From Mobula hypostoma (Eukaryota), in contig NC_086108.1 in assembly GCF_963921235.1 (NCBI RefSeq), forward strand, positions 103,728,001 through 103,792,000: a stretch of DNA of 64,000 nucleotides. The letters are read 5' to 3'. This document shows positions 51,241 to 64,000 of the stretch, piece by piece; position 1 is the stretch's first letter; each line of letters starts with the position of its first letter. The notes beneath the pieces were generated by a model. The model had not been told where the DNA came from and did no database searches. It saw nothing but the letters and a program-made list of their open reading frames with translations. A program made the translations under genes and the position numbers.

Positions 51241-52694
51241 TTTTCTTTCTTTTTGTATTTGCACAGTCTGTTGGCTTTTGCACACTGGTTGAATGCCCTG
51301 TTTGTTGGTGTGGTCTATTATGGTTATTAGATTTATTGAGTATGCCCACAAGAAAATGAATCTCAGGGTTGTATATTGTGACGTATCTGTACTTTGATAA
51401 TAAGTTTACTTTGAACTTTAATAATGTGGATGGTAACAGTTTTTTTTTCCAGGATAGGTTGTCCAGTACAAGGGGCACAGGTTTAGAATGGGAGGGGTAA
51501 AATTTAATGGACACAGTGGTCAGTATGGACTCATTGGGCTATAGAGCCTGCATCAGTGCTGTGTTGCTCGATGATATGATTGAATAATTTAGAAATTTGT
51601 AACAATTAAACAGATTCTGTTTTTTCTTGGGATTCGTAACCTGCCTCTGTGGATTTGTACTCTTGGATTATGCGTAGGTTTTCTCCGGGTGCTCTGGTTT
51701 CCTCCCACAGTCCAAAGGTGTACCAAGTAGGTTAATTGGCCATTGTAAATTGACCCGAGATTAGGCTAGGGTTAATCAGATTTGTCGGGGGTTGCTAGGG
51801 TGGCATGCCTCAGAGGGCCAGGAGATCACTAAATACAATAAAATAATTAGTTCACAGGCTACTAGTTATCCATCGATTACACCACCGGTCATTTTTTTTT
51901 CTTAAGTCAGAAAATACACCAGATTTATTTGATACGGTAACTCCAATGATGCCCAGAATTCTACCCCGTTGTCGTAAGACTACTGAATGGTTCCCTAGTA
52001 TGATAAGATAGACTCTTGACCTAACAATCTACTTTATGACCTTTCATCTTACTGTCTACCTGAACTGCACTTTCTCTGTAGCTGTTACACCTTATTCTGT
52101 ATTCTGTTATTGTTTTTCTTCAAGGTGTGATTCTTCCCATCTTACTGTTGAGTTTAACCACTAACCCGTCTTTGCCTGTTCTGTCAGTAAAAACTGTTCC
52201 ACTGGGCTTAGTAGCTAAGTCACAGGTGAAGGCCAGGAGCTGGACGGTTGTTGGAGGCTATTTGGGATGCACAGCATTGGAAGTATTTAAGAGGCAGTGG
52301 GAAATTATCCCCACTTCCACCCCTCCCCGCAGGCTATTACATCCTGAAGTATATGATGAATTTACTTCGAGTTTGACTTTGGTTCTGCATGAAGTTGCCC
52401 TTCAGATCATTTATAAGTCTTACCCCTCTCATCTTAAACCCATGCTCTGTGGATTTTGGTTCCCTTTCTCTGGGGGGATATCGCTGTGCATTCACCCTAT
52501 CTATGCCCCCTCGTTGCTCTATACACCTCCAGATCTAACACCACCTTAATGGTGTGTTTTACAGCACAGTAAGAAAAACACTAAAAACCAACTGAATTGT
52601 GCCAAGAGCATCTAAGTTTCTCATTCTGGTTTGTCCTGTGACATGTTGAAGCAAGACTAACTGTTTCCCTTTTCTCTATCAATGTTCTCAAAAG

Positions 52695-52816
52695 CTAACA
52701 GAACACAGGGACCATCGGGGCAGTGCCTACGGCTTGGGGTCGTGGTGTCACCTGCCTCTTTACGAAGAAGCAATGCAGCTAGCAGAAGAAGGGAAGGTGT
52801 TCTGCCGCGTCCTGAG
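52695..52816 (+). CDS. MIGA1: Mitoguardin-1 coding exon (6th in window; absent from the ORF track)
   Basis: gttctcaaaAG| acceptor and AG|GTAAGT donor. Hand translation LTEHRDHRGSAYGLGSWCHLPLYEEAMQLAEEGKVFCRVL(R). 122 nt, phase 0 to 2. Confidence 0.92.
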
Positions 52817-53215
52817 GTAAGTGCGTCTGCAGTGCAGCGGTTAGTTGGGTACCTGTAGGTAATGAGGGAGGAATTCGTCTCTGGCCTTTGGTGCTAAACA
52901 CATGCAAGGGTACTGATGCATTGGTGACTATTTATACCCCCTCCCTTGGGTTCTGTTCTGTTGAGTCATCCAGGAGCCAATAAGCCCTCATGTTTGACCA
53001 GCCTCCCCTCCGTGGACTCTGTCTGTACTTCTCACTGTCTTAGTAAAGCAGCCAGCATAATCAGAGACCCCACCCACCCACTCTGGGCAATCGGTCTCCT
53101 CCCCTCACTCATCAGGCAGATGCTACTGAAACCTGAAAGAGTGTACCATCAGGCTTAAGGACAGCTTCTACCCCATTGTCATAAGACTACTGAATGATTT
53201 CCTAGTATGATAAGA

Positions 53216-53966
53216 CTTCTCTTTCAATATTTTTATTAGTTTCTACGTAGAAGAATACAGAGTACAAGAAAGTATATATAAAAGGTCAAAAACAACTACC
53301 AATTACATTATACCTATTCATAATAACAGTCTCACTACTCTGTATTCATGAAGGTTAGTCAAAGTTATATTGAAATATACTAATTTATTACAAAAAAAAG
53401 TCTAACCCCTACCAAGACCGAAGCTGTTTATTAAGGAGAAAAAAAAGGTAAAATACCTTCTCGTATAATAAAAATTAATAATGGTCAACATCTAAATTTA
53501 AACAGCGAATTGAGAGTATTGAAAATAATTCAGAAAGGGTCCCCACAATGTTTGAAAGTCTTGACGAGATTCAGAAATTGAACAACATATCTTCTCTAAA
53601 TCTAAGCACGACATAACATCGTATAACCATTGAGCGCGAGTAGGAGGAGAAACATCTTTCCATTTAAACAAAAACGCCCTCCTAGCTATAAGAGAGCTAA
53701 AGGCAAATTATGTAAATCAGATGTCTTCAGCTTGATATCTTGTCCTGCAACAATACCCAATAGGGCCGTCAGAGGATTAGGCTTAAAATTGACTTGAAAA
53801 GTAAAGAAAAAGTTTGAAAAACTTCCTTCCAATATTTTTCAAGACATGGACAAGTCCAAAACATATGAATTAATGAAGCTTCTCCATTATTACATCTGTC
53901 ACAGTAGGGAGATATATCCGAATAAAAACGAGAAAGCTTATCTTTAGTCATATGGACTCTATGTAT
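53216..53966 (-). mobile_element. L1-clade LINE 3' end (ORF2 zinc-knuckle region) nested in an older LINE tail
   Basis: SPYCDRCNNGEASLIHMFWTCPCLEKYW. 6-bp TSD ATAAGA at 53210-53215 and 53967-53972. An uninterrupted host paralogue is visible at about 51960-52120. Confidence 0.85.
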
Positions 53967-54621
53967 ATAAGATGGACTCTTGACCTAACAATCTACTTTA
54001 TGACCTTGCATCTTACTGTCTACCTGAACTGCACTTTCTCTTTAGCCGTTACACCTTATTCTGTATTCTGTTATTGTTTTACTTTGTTGTAAGCTAATGC
54101 AGGGTGGTGGGGTGGAGATGCGTCTCTGTCAAAGGAGGTGTAAGGCGCTCCTTCCCTCTGCTACTTTGCAGGTCACCCTCGGGCAAGGTGTAGCACCTGC
54201 CTAGACCCCGATCAGGGTCACGTGAAGCCATGCCAGCAGGTGGTAGATGGTCATATGAGCAGCTGGTGCATATCACAAGTCCTGGTTGTGTGACACTCAT
54301 GCCAGGCAGACAATCTCTGAAGAGAATTGATAATAGCTGGGGTCACCCATCTTGTAAAGACACTGCTAGCCGAAGGCAATGACAAACCACTTCTGGAGAA
54401 AAATTTGCCAAGAGTAATCATGGTCAAGACCATGATTGCCCACGTCAAACGGCATTGCTCATAACGATGACGATGAATGAATTGATCTGTATGAGCAGTA
54501 TTCAAGATGAGCTTTTCACTTGGTATATGTGACAATAATAAGCCAATTCCAATTCCAGTCTATATGAACAGTCCAGCGTCCGGTTGTTGATATTTTCTCA
54601 GGCCTGTGCTTTCTCCTACAG

Positions 54622-54694
54622 GACGGAGTTGTTGGAATGTGTGGGCGACAGTGACTTCCTGGCCAAGGTGCACTGCGTGCGTCAGGCTTTTCAG
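54622..54694 (+). CDS. MIGA1: Mitoguardin-1 coding exon (7th in window)
   Basis: ttctcctacAG| acceptor and CAG|GTAAC donor. Encodes (R)TELLECVGDSDFLAKVHCVRQAFQ. 73 nt, phase 2 to 0. Confidence 0.95.
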
Positions 54695-55559
54695 GTAACA
54701 GTAGCTGAACTCATTTGTTCTCACACGGGAGATGTTCTCCCTTTAAAGCATGCTCTGCAAACCACTAGTTAGACCTCATTTGGGGCACTACATTCACTTT
54801 GGAGCCCTGTTCGTTAGCAAAGATCTCAAGATGACCCCGTGGGTTCACAAATCAGTGAGGCCTAGAGTTTGGTGAATGGCGGGTCCTGTGGTTGATGCCG
54901 AAGATCGAAGCCCAGGGATCAAATCGGAAGTAGGGAAGTTAAGAGCTGTTGGCTGGAGTCCAGGGTCTGTGAATCCCTGTGAGCCCACTGGGGTAGTCGT
55001 CTGCGTGCCCTCGTCCAAGTACGAGTCCAAATCCAGGTCGTCTAGAAGCTGGATTCTGAAAAATATAGACTTTCTTGGAGTTAGAGGACTGTGTATGTGC
55101 ACGTGTGTGAGGAGGAAGGGGATCTTGTTTTCCTGATGTTATTTTGGTGCTTGTTCTGTTTTGTGTTTTGGATTGTCCTGCTGAGCATTATGGGCATGCT
55201 GTGTTGGTACTGAAATACATGGCGACGTTTGCAGGCTGTCCCCTGCACATCCTAAGCTGTGTTGGTTGTTAACACAGACAACGCATTTCACAATATCTTT
55301 CGATGTTCATGTGAAAATAAACTTGAATCTTGAAGATCTTGGCGGAGGGACGGAGGAAATGGATGGTCTTGGTGGTTCCGGAAGCAGGGATTCAAGTTTA
55401 TGTGACAAGTTTGTGGAATCTGGGATTGTTCTTAGAGCAGAGAGGGCCGAGAGCAGGTTTAGTTGCATTCAAAATTATGAAGGGCTTTAAAGGTTAGCTT
55501 TACTTGTCAAATGTACATTGACAAATGTACATTATAGTGCAGAATTTGGGGAGTACATG

Positions 55560-58500
55560 GACGAACACTGAAAGAGCTAAGGAGAGAAGGAAGTCAATGC
55601 AGGGTCCCCTGTGGCCAATCCCCTCTGCAACAGATATATCCCTTTGGATACTTCTGTGAGGGATGACCTATCTGGGCAAGGCAGCAGCAGCCAGACCAAC
55701 AGCACTGTGGTCAGCTCTGAGCCTCAGAAGGGCAGGGTGAAGCCAGGTGGAGCAATAGTCATAGGGCAGGGATCCCCAACCTTTTTTGCACCACGGACCG
55801 GTTTAATATTGACAATATCCTTGCAGACCGGCTGACCCGGGGTGGGGCGGGGGGGGCGGTGTTCAAGTAGGGTTAAACTCACCTCAACATGTCTTTTACA
55901 GTTAGGGTTGCCAACTTTCTCACTCCCAAATAAGGGACAAAAGTAACAGTCAAATCCCGGGACATTTTACCCCAGGAAAGATTACCATGGCCCTGAAGCC
56001 TTGCGCGGGCACCTGTGTGCGCATGCACGTACGTGCCGATTTTTTTCTCCCACAAATCGGTTTTGCCTTCATCTTCCCGACTATACTGAACATACATTAT
56101 TTCTACTTTATATAGGCTGTATATTTATCATATCATTCCTGCTTTCACTATATGTTAGTATTATTTATTTTCGATTTTATTTGTTATTTGGTATGATATG
56201 TTAGGTTATTTTTTTGGGTCTGGGAACGCTCAAAAATTTTTCCCATATAAATTAATGGTAATTGCTTCTTTGCTTCATGCCATTTCGGCACAAAAGGTTT
56301 CATAGGAACGCTGTATCTTAGCGGGGCAAATACGGGACAAACCAATTTAGCCCAATATACGGGATGTCCCGGCAAATACGGGACAGTTGGCAACCCCATG
56401 TTCAAGTTTAACAGTGCGTGACAGGGAATGAGGAAAGGTGCAGCTGACTCGTATCGTTCCCTCACGGCCCGGTAGCACATGCTTTGCGGCCCAGTGGTTG
56501 GGGACCGCTGTCATAGGGGACTCGATAGTTAGGGAGACAGATAGGAGATTCTGTAGCAGCAAAAGAGACACCAGGATAGTGTGTTGCCTCCCGGGTGCTA
56601 GGATCCAGGATGTCTCTGAGTGGTTGCAGAATATTCTTGAAGGGGAGGAGCCAGAGGTCCTGGTACACGTTGGTACCAATGACATAGGCAGAGGAGGGGT
56701 AGAGGTCCTGCGCGGTAAATTTAGGGAGTTAGGAAGGAGGCTGAGGAGCAGGACATCCAAGGTGGTAATCTCCAGATTACTCCCAGTGCCACGAGCTAGT
56801 GAAGGTCAGAACAGGAAGATAGTGCAGATGAATGAGTGGCTGAGGAGATGGTGCAGGGAGCAGGGCTTCAAGTTCTTGGATCAATGGAACCTTTTCTGGG
56901 GAGGGGGTGACCTGTACAAGTGGGACGGGTTGCACCTGAACTGGAGGGGAACCAATATCCGGGGAGGGAGGTTTGCTAATGCTATTGGGATTTGCAGGGG
57001 GGTGGGACCAAGAGGCAGAGGATGGGGCAGTTGGAGCACAAGTAGTAACAGCTTGTAGGCAGTTTATGAGGAGGGACAGGTAGATGATAGAGCAAAGAAG
57101 GGCTCAGTCAGATGGTTTGAGATGTATCTATTTTAATGCAAGGACTATCATCAGCAAGACGGATGAACTTGGAGCGTGAATCAATACGCGGAACTGTGAC
57201 ATTGTGGCCGTTACAAAGACTTGGATGTCTCGGGGCAGGAATGGCTGCTGAGTGTGCCGGGCTTTAGATGTTTCAAAAAGGACAGAGAGGGAGGCAAAAG
57301 AGGTGGGGGAGCGGCATTGTTAATCAGGGACAGTATCACGGCTGCAGAAAAGTAGAAAGTCATGGAGAGATTATCTACTGAGTCATTGTGGGTGGAAGTC
57401 AAACAGCAAGGGGACAATAAATCAACTGGGTGTTTTCATAGCCCCCCCCAATAGTAATAACAGAGACATCAAGGAGCAGATAGGGAGGCAAATTCTAGAA
57501 CGGTGCAATAATAACAGGGCTGTTGTGATGGGTGATTTTAACTTTCCTAATATTGATTGGCATCTCCTTAGAGCAAGGGGTTTAGATGGGGTGGAGTTTG
57601 TTAAGTGTGTTCAGGAAGGTTTCCTGATGGAATATGTAGATAAGCCAACTAGAGGAGAGGCTGTACTTGATCTGGTATTGGGAAATGAACCTGGTCAGGT
57701 GTCAGATTTCTCGGTGGGAGAGCATTTTGGAGGTAGTGATCACAACTTTCTCTCCTTTATCATAGAGCTGGAGAGGGATAGGAGCAGAAAATTTGGGAAA
57801 GCATTTAATTGGAGTAGGGGGAAATATGGTACTATTAGGCAGGAACTTGGAAGCATAAATTGGGAGCAGATGTTCTCAGGGAAATGCATGGCAGAAATGT
57901 GACAAACGTTCAGGGAACATTTGCACGGTATTCTGCATAGGTATGTTCCATTGAGGCAGGGAAAGGATGGTAGGGTAAAAGAACTATGGTGTACAAAGGA
58001 TGTAGAAAATCTAGTTAAGAAGAAAAGAAAAGGTTACGAAAGGTTTAAGAAAGAAGGTACTGTTAGAGCTCTAGAAAATCACAAGGGTGCCAGGAAGGAG
58101 CTTAAGAATAAAATTAGGAGAGCCTGAAGGGGTCATGAAAAGGCCCTTGTGAGCAGGATTAAGGAAAACCCCAAGGCATTCTACAAGTATGTGAAGAGCA
58201 AGAGGATGAGCCGTGTGAGAATAGGACCAATCAGGTGCGATGGGGGAAACATGTGCATGGAGTTGGAGGAGGTAGCGGGGATAATTAATACTTTGTTTCA
58301 GTATTCATCAGTGAAAAGGACCTTGGTGATTGTGGGGACGACCTGAAGCGACTGAAACGCTTGAGCGTATAGACATTAAAAAAGGGGATGTGCTGGAGCT
58401 TTTGAAAGGTACTAAGTTAGATTAAGTTGCTGGGACTAGATGAGATATACCAAAGGCTACTATGGAAAGCGAGGGAGGAGATTGCTGAGCCTCTGGCAAT

Positions 58501-59720
58501 GATCTTTGCATTATCAATAGGGACGGGAGAAGTTCCAGAGGATTGGAGGGTTGCAAACATTGTTCTCTTGTTCATGAAAGGGAGTAGAGGTAACACAGGA
58601 AATTATCGACCAGTGAGTCTTACTTCAGTGGTGGGCAAGTTGTTGGAGAAGATCCTGAGAAGCAGGATTTATGAGCATTTGAAGAGACATAATCTGATTA
58701 GGGATAGTCAGCATGGCTAATTGAATTCTTTGAGGATGTAACAAAACATTTTTTTTGTTAAGTGCAATCATGAACGATAGCCAGATCAGAAATGCTGATC
58801 AAGTCAGCTAGTTTCCAAAGAGAACTCTGATAGGTCAACCAGATGGTTCACTGCTGCTCAGCGATAGAACACACAAAAGAAATCATAGGTACAATTAAGA
58901 AACATTAAAAAATAGTAGAAATACTGGAGTCATCGTGATCATGATGAAGTCTGCTGGAGAGAGACATTTATACACATGCTGTCCTCCATAATTACTGAAG
59001 GTAGAGCAGTGGATGTAGTGTATATGGATTTTGGTAAGGTATTTGATAAGGTTTCCCATGTGAGGCTCCTTCAGAAAGTAATGAGGAATGAGATCCAAGG
59101 AGAGCTTGCTTTATGGATCCAGAATTGGTTTGCCCACAGAAGGCAAAGGATGGTTGTAGGTGGTTTGTATTCTGCATGGAAGTCGGTGACCAGTGGTGTT
59201 CCACAGGGATCTGTTCTGGAACCCCCTCTTCTTTGTGATTTTTATAAATGACCTGGATGAAGAAGTAGAAGGGTGCGTTTGTGAGTTTGCTGATGGCAAC
59301 AATTGTTGGGGGTGTTTGGATAGTCTGGAGGGTTGTCAGAGGTTACAGCAGGACATCGTTAGGATGCAGAACTGGACTGAGAAGTGGCAGATGGAGTTCA
59401 AACCAGATAAATGTGAAGTGGTTCATTTCAGTAGGTTAAATTTGAAGACAAAATATAATGTTAATGGTAAGACTCTTGGCAGTGTGGAGAGTCAGCGAGA
59501 TCTTGGGGTACATGTCCATAGGACACTCAAAACTGCTACACAGGTGGACAGTGCTGTTAAGAAGGCATATGGTGTATTAGCCTTAATCAACTGTGGGATT
59601 GAGTTCAGGAGCCGTGAGGTAATGTTACAGCTGTTAGACCCCGCTTGGAGTACTGTGTTCAATTCTGGTCACCTCATTTCAGGAAGGATGTGGATACTAT
59701 AGAGAGAGTGCAGAGGAGAT
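55560..59720 (+). mobile_element. Near full-length decayed CR1 LINE (ORF1 SGNH, endonuclease, RT)
   Basis: AVIGDSIVR...VHVGTNDIG...DGLHLN (56510-57000). Endonuclease MGDFNFPNIDW...LDLVL...[43 protein letters not shown]. Confidence 0.92.
55767..56510. mobile_element. Composite hAT (Charlie-type) element containing a second hAT and a Tigger end
   Basis: TIRs CAGGGATCCCCAACC and GGTTGGGGACCGCTG. Perfect 8-bp TSD TCATAGGG at 55759-55766 and 56511-56518. Confidence 0.88.
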
Positions 59721-61589
59721 GCACTAGTTTTCAGCACTAACCTAGCATGTCCACATCTCACTAACCCTAACCTGTATGTCTCTGTAATGTGGGAAACAGG
59801 CAAACCCAGAGGAAACCCATGTGGTCACGGGGTGAATGTACAAAACCTCTCGCAGGCAGCAGCGGGAATTTCACCCTGATCCTGGTACTGGTACTTCACC
59901 CTGCTACTGTGTAAAGTGTTATGCTAACTGCAACTAAGAGTAAATCAGGGAAAGATATTTCATTGGAGGAGGATTGGGAATCAGGAGACACAGATTTAAG
60001 ATAGTCAGCGAAAGAACTGTGGTGGTGAGGAGGGAGAAGGGCAGGCAATGTTTTTTTTTTAATCCAGTAATCCACTATGATTCGAGATACATTGCCTGAA
60101 AACCTGGTAGAAGGCAACACCTTTTAGACCTGAGTTGGATGTATCTTTTGCAAGAATATGAAAGAAGAGCCAGGCAATGGGGCTGGTTGGAATGTGCTCA
60201 ATAGGCTGAATAACCTCTGCTGTGAGATCATGATGCAAGGAGTTAAATGTCGATAGTTAGATTTTGTTTTCGAAATGTGGCCACTGTTGTCACAGCAGTC
60301 GCTTTGTTAATCTCACAGACTTTGCTGTGAGCAGAACAAGCTCTAACTTTGACAGAGTTCAAGTGATAAGTAACTGTCAGCTCACTGGTGGAGAACATGC
60401 CCACTGCTCTTGACTAGATCTCCGAACGAGCCAGACCCAAGCTGAGTCTTGCGTCACAGTTAACTATTGGCACCTCTGAAAGTGGAGCAGATTCTCAGTT
60501 CTGTATTAACATGTCAGCCTTGATTATGTGCTAGTGGTGGAGTGAGTCTTGAAACCATACCATCTAACTTGGAGACAAAAGGTATTAGTGCAATCACTCG
60601 AGTCAAGTATGATACTCTCCTAGGGGGTTGTCTATTGGTGGGTCCTCAGGTATCCGGGATCTACACAACCACTTGCTGATTAATCCACGGTGTTGGGGTG
60701 GATTTTCTTGATGGAGAACGCCTGTGTATGACATTGTATTTCGTAGGGAGGCTGATGCACGAGTAGCCACCACACAGTACTTGACGGATCGGGGTCAGGG
60801 TCCAGTGGCATGGAATACAAGATGACTGAGGACACGTTACTGCTGCAGCCTTCCTCCACCTTCACTGCGGTTGTGATGTGTCATCATCTTCTGCCAGCTC
60901 CACCATTGAGGTGTTGGTTGGATCACTCATTGACTGGAACCTCCCCCTTGATCTTACCGCCTGAGTAACTATCGAACTAAGCTCCAGGCGGCTTTACTCT
61001 TGTGAGTCCCAGCGATCACAAGACCCTCTACCGTGACAAGGTGATGATCCTCAGAGAAGGAGACACCAGTACAACGTGATGATATACTTCAAAGAATTCA
61101 GTAGTGATGTACGTAGAAGAGCGGTGACTAGTTTCCAGTCCAGCATTCATTGAAGAGACTTGTTAGTCAGAACATCTCCCTAGTCTTCTTTAATGCTGAA
61201 TCTCAAGATGTTCTAGAAGTTGAGGAACAGGATTGGAAGTCACCCATCTGATCCGTCAAGCTGGCCCCACCATTCAATAAAATCATTGCTAGTCTAGCTG
61301 TGGACTCAGCTCCATCTCCCTGCCTTTTTCATATAACCCTTAATTCCCCTGCTATGCAAAGATCTATCTAAACGGTTTCTAGATATATTTAATGAGGTAG
61401 CCTCTACTGCTTCCCTGGGCAGAGAATTCCAGAGGGTCACTACTCTGTGAAACAAGCAGTTTCTCTTCATCTCTATCCTAAATCTATGCCACAGAATCTT
61501 GAGGCATCATCCCCTAGTTTTAGTCTCAATGGCATGAAGGACAGTGTTGTTATCTCGGTGTGGTTCTGAAGTAGTATCTAGATAATGAA

Positions 61590-62500
61590 GCAGAAAGTAG
61601 AGACATAGCCATAGAGCACTACAGCCCTTTCGTACATTTAGTCCATGAACTGCTCTTCCTAGTCCCATCGACCTGCACCGATTGTCCTCCATTTCCCTCC
61701 CATCCATGTACTTACCCAAACGTCTCTTAAATGTTGAAATTCAACCCACATCCACCACATCCATTTATGCTGTGGAGAATAAAATTCTAATCTATTCAAC
61801 CTTTCCCTATAACTCAGACTCTCAAGTCTTGGCACCATCCTAGGATATTTTCTCTGCAATCTTATATCTTTCATGTAGATGGATGACTAAAACTGCACAT
61901 GATACTCCAAATTAGGCCTCATCAATGTCTTATACAAATTCAACATTACAACCCAACTCCTGTACTCAGTAACACACAAAATGCTGGAGGAACTCAGCAG
62001 GTCAGACAGCATTTATAGAAAAGAGTACAGTCGACATTTCAGGCCAAAACCCTTCGGCAGAACATTACTTTGATTTATGAAGGCCAATGTGCCAAAAGCT
62101 GTCTTTATAACCCTATCTACCTGTGATGCCATTTTCAATGCTTTATGGATCCATTTTCCCAGATCCCTCTGTTCTACCACACTTCTCGGTGCCCTGCTCA
62201 CCATGTAAGTCGTACCCTGGTTTGTCCCCCCAGAGTGCAACACTTCCCATTTGTCTGAGTTAAATTTAATTCCATCTGGCATTTTGCAGCCTGTTTTCCC
62301 AGCTGGTCCAGAAGATGTTGCAAACTTTGATAGCCTTCTTTGCTGTCCAATCTTGGTGTCATCCAGATATTTGCTGATCCAGTTTACCACATTATCTACC
62401 AGTCATTGATGTGGATGACAAACAACAATGGACCCAGCACCGATTCCTGCAGCACACCATGAGTCACGGGCCTCCAGTCTGAGAAGCAACTATCGAGGCT
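61590..62500 (-). mobile_element. CR1 3' fragment with an inserted Penelope terminal-repeat piece (about 61970-62065)
   Basis: ISKYLDDTKIG...KFNSDKWEVLH...EQRDLG (62013-62390). A further + strand Penelope terminal-repeat fragment lies at about 62670-62995. Confidence 0.75.
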
Positions 62501-64000
62501 ATGTTCCCTAGTTCTATCTCAATGATGCGAAGAACAGTGTTATTCTCTCAGTGTGATACTGATGCAGTACCTAGACAATGAAGGAAAGGTATAGGCCTAC
62601 ATTACAAGAGCTGGAGAAAAGGGTTCTTCACACACAAACCTGTGGAATTTGGCTCTCCAGGAGAATCAGTTATTCCATTCCCCATTCTGGCCTCTTACCT
62701 CTTCTGCTTACCTGCTAATTACCATCCACTGGTGCCCCTCCACCCCCTCTCCTATGGTCCCCTCACCTCTCCATCAGATTCTTTCTTCTCCAGCCCTTTA
62801 CCTTTCCTACCCATCTGGCTTCACCTCTCACCTTGTAGCTTGTCCCCTTCCCCTCCCCCACCTTTTTATTCTGGTGTCTTCCCCTTCCTTTTGGGTCCTG
62901 ATGAAGAGCCTCGGTCTGAAATGTCAGCTGTTTATTTGTTTTCAGAGATGCTGCATGTCTTGCTGCGTTCCTCCAGCATTTTGTGTGTGTGTGTGAATCA
63001 GTAACGTATTTGGATTGGGATTATGGGCAAAGACTAGAGGGGATCTTGAACAGCTAGCATTATGTACTAAACTATTCATGAGTAGCATATTAGCCACGAT
63101 TTATTAACCATCTCTAACGCAGCTTCACAAGAATACTGTCAAACAATATTGTTGGTCTTCAAAAAGCGTTGTTGAGATGGGTACGATAGCTTGCTCAAAA
63201 CCTACGTCTAAAGGAGAGTCTTGAAGTGGAGCAGGGACAGAGGTCTGGGGAGGGGATTCCAAAGCTTAAGACCTCGTCAGCAGAACGTAGGACCCCCCAG
63301 ACTTACAGCAAGAGGGTAGACAGTAGTGTAACAGCGTGACGCTATTACAGCTCGGAGTTCATTTCTGGCATCCTCTGTAAGAACGTTTGTACGTTCTTCC
63401 TGTCTGCGTGTGGGTTTCCTTTGGGTGCTCCAGTTTCCTCCCACAGTCCAAAGGCGTATTGGTTGGTAGGTTAATTGGTCATTTTAAATTGTGCTGTGAT
63501 TAGGCTAGGGTGAAATAGTTGGATTGCTGGGCCAGAAGGGCCCATTCTGCATTGTATCTCCAAATAAAAATAAATGGAAAAATTCAAGGTGCACATTCAG
63601 GTCTTAGAGGTTTGTAAGGCTAGAGAGGATCACAGCGAGTACTGTGAAGAACTTTGAATGCAAGGGTGAGTACTCTAAAGTCAGAGTGATACTTAGTGAG
63701 CTGTTGGCTCTCATCTTGTGGCAGGAGCGACCCCTCCCCCCTCCCCCTCTCCCCCTCCCCTCCCCCCTCTCTCTCCCCCTCCCCCTCTCTCTCTCTTCCT
63801 CTTCTCCCCTTCTGTCTGAGATGTCGAAATGTAGTTGGATTGTAGGCTTTGATGGTCTCCAGATCGTGGTTTTGGGGGGGCTTTGCTATTGCTTTTCATG
63901 TTGGGTTTTGGAGGATTGATGCTTTTGCTGCTGCATGTGTGTGTGGGGGGGTGGCTTTGCAGTTCTAACCTTTGTCATTCATTCTTTTGGTTTTTTTCCT

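Noticed and set aside
6133..54694. Assignment to MIGA2 rather than MIGA1
   Set aside because: Segments SSRQNLSLSL, KLGAGDAIAEE, EFIHKLE and SIASTDSF.SAAE match my recollection of MIGA1 rather than MIGA2 (SEDSFFSATE). A reciprocal BLAST or synteny check would confirm.
56438..57058. 206-aa SGNH hydrolase/esterase gene (also 15133-15831 and 46164-46595)
   Set aside because: These are CR1 ORF1 esterase domains lying directly upstream of endonuclease/RT remnants. The N-terminus of this ORF is read-through from a hAT end.
54695..64000. Next MIGA1 exon (expected about VILSESANRIFLAESGRKIL)
   Set aside because: No matching peptide with splice sites was found by eye. It probably lies beyond the window end.

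Overview
Eukaryotic (vertebrate) genomic DNA. The repeat content (V-domain SINEs, SGNH-ORF1 CR1 LINEs, Penelope-like elements) suggests a cartilaginous fish; this is an inference. The window holds seven consecutive internal + strand coding exons of mitoguardin-1 (MIGA1/FAM73A): 815 nt, about 271 aa, all GT-AG and phase-consistent. The gene start and end lie outside the window or were not found. The introns (1.6-19 kb) are almost entirely decayed, often nested, transposable elements: Tigger/pogo, hAT, a Tc1-like MITE, CR1, L1, RTE-BovB, Rex1/Babar-like LINEs, Penelope-like elements and tRNA-derived SINEs. The most notable structures are: (i) a 2.6-kb, 75-unit 35/31-bp minisatellite born from a LINE 3' UTR motif, with a recurring 171-bp higher-order period and about 58 perfect sense-strand 5' splice-site consensus copies; (ii) short palindromic Penelope-derived elements carrying minimal hammerhead-ribozyme motifs, one apparently intact on the pre-mRNA strand and one element bounded by its own TSD; (iii) a four-layer CR1 > hAT > hAT > Tigger nest with two resolvable 8-bp TSDs. 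No prokaryotic system, CRISPR array or intact autonomous TE was found.
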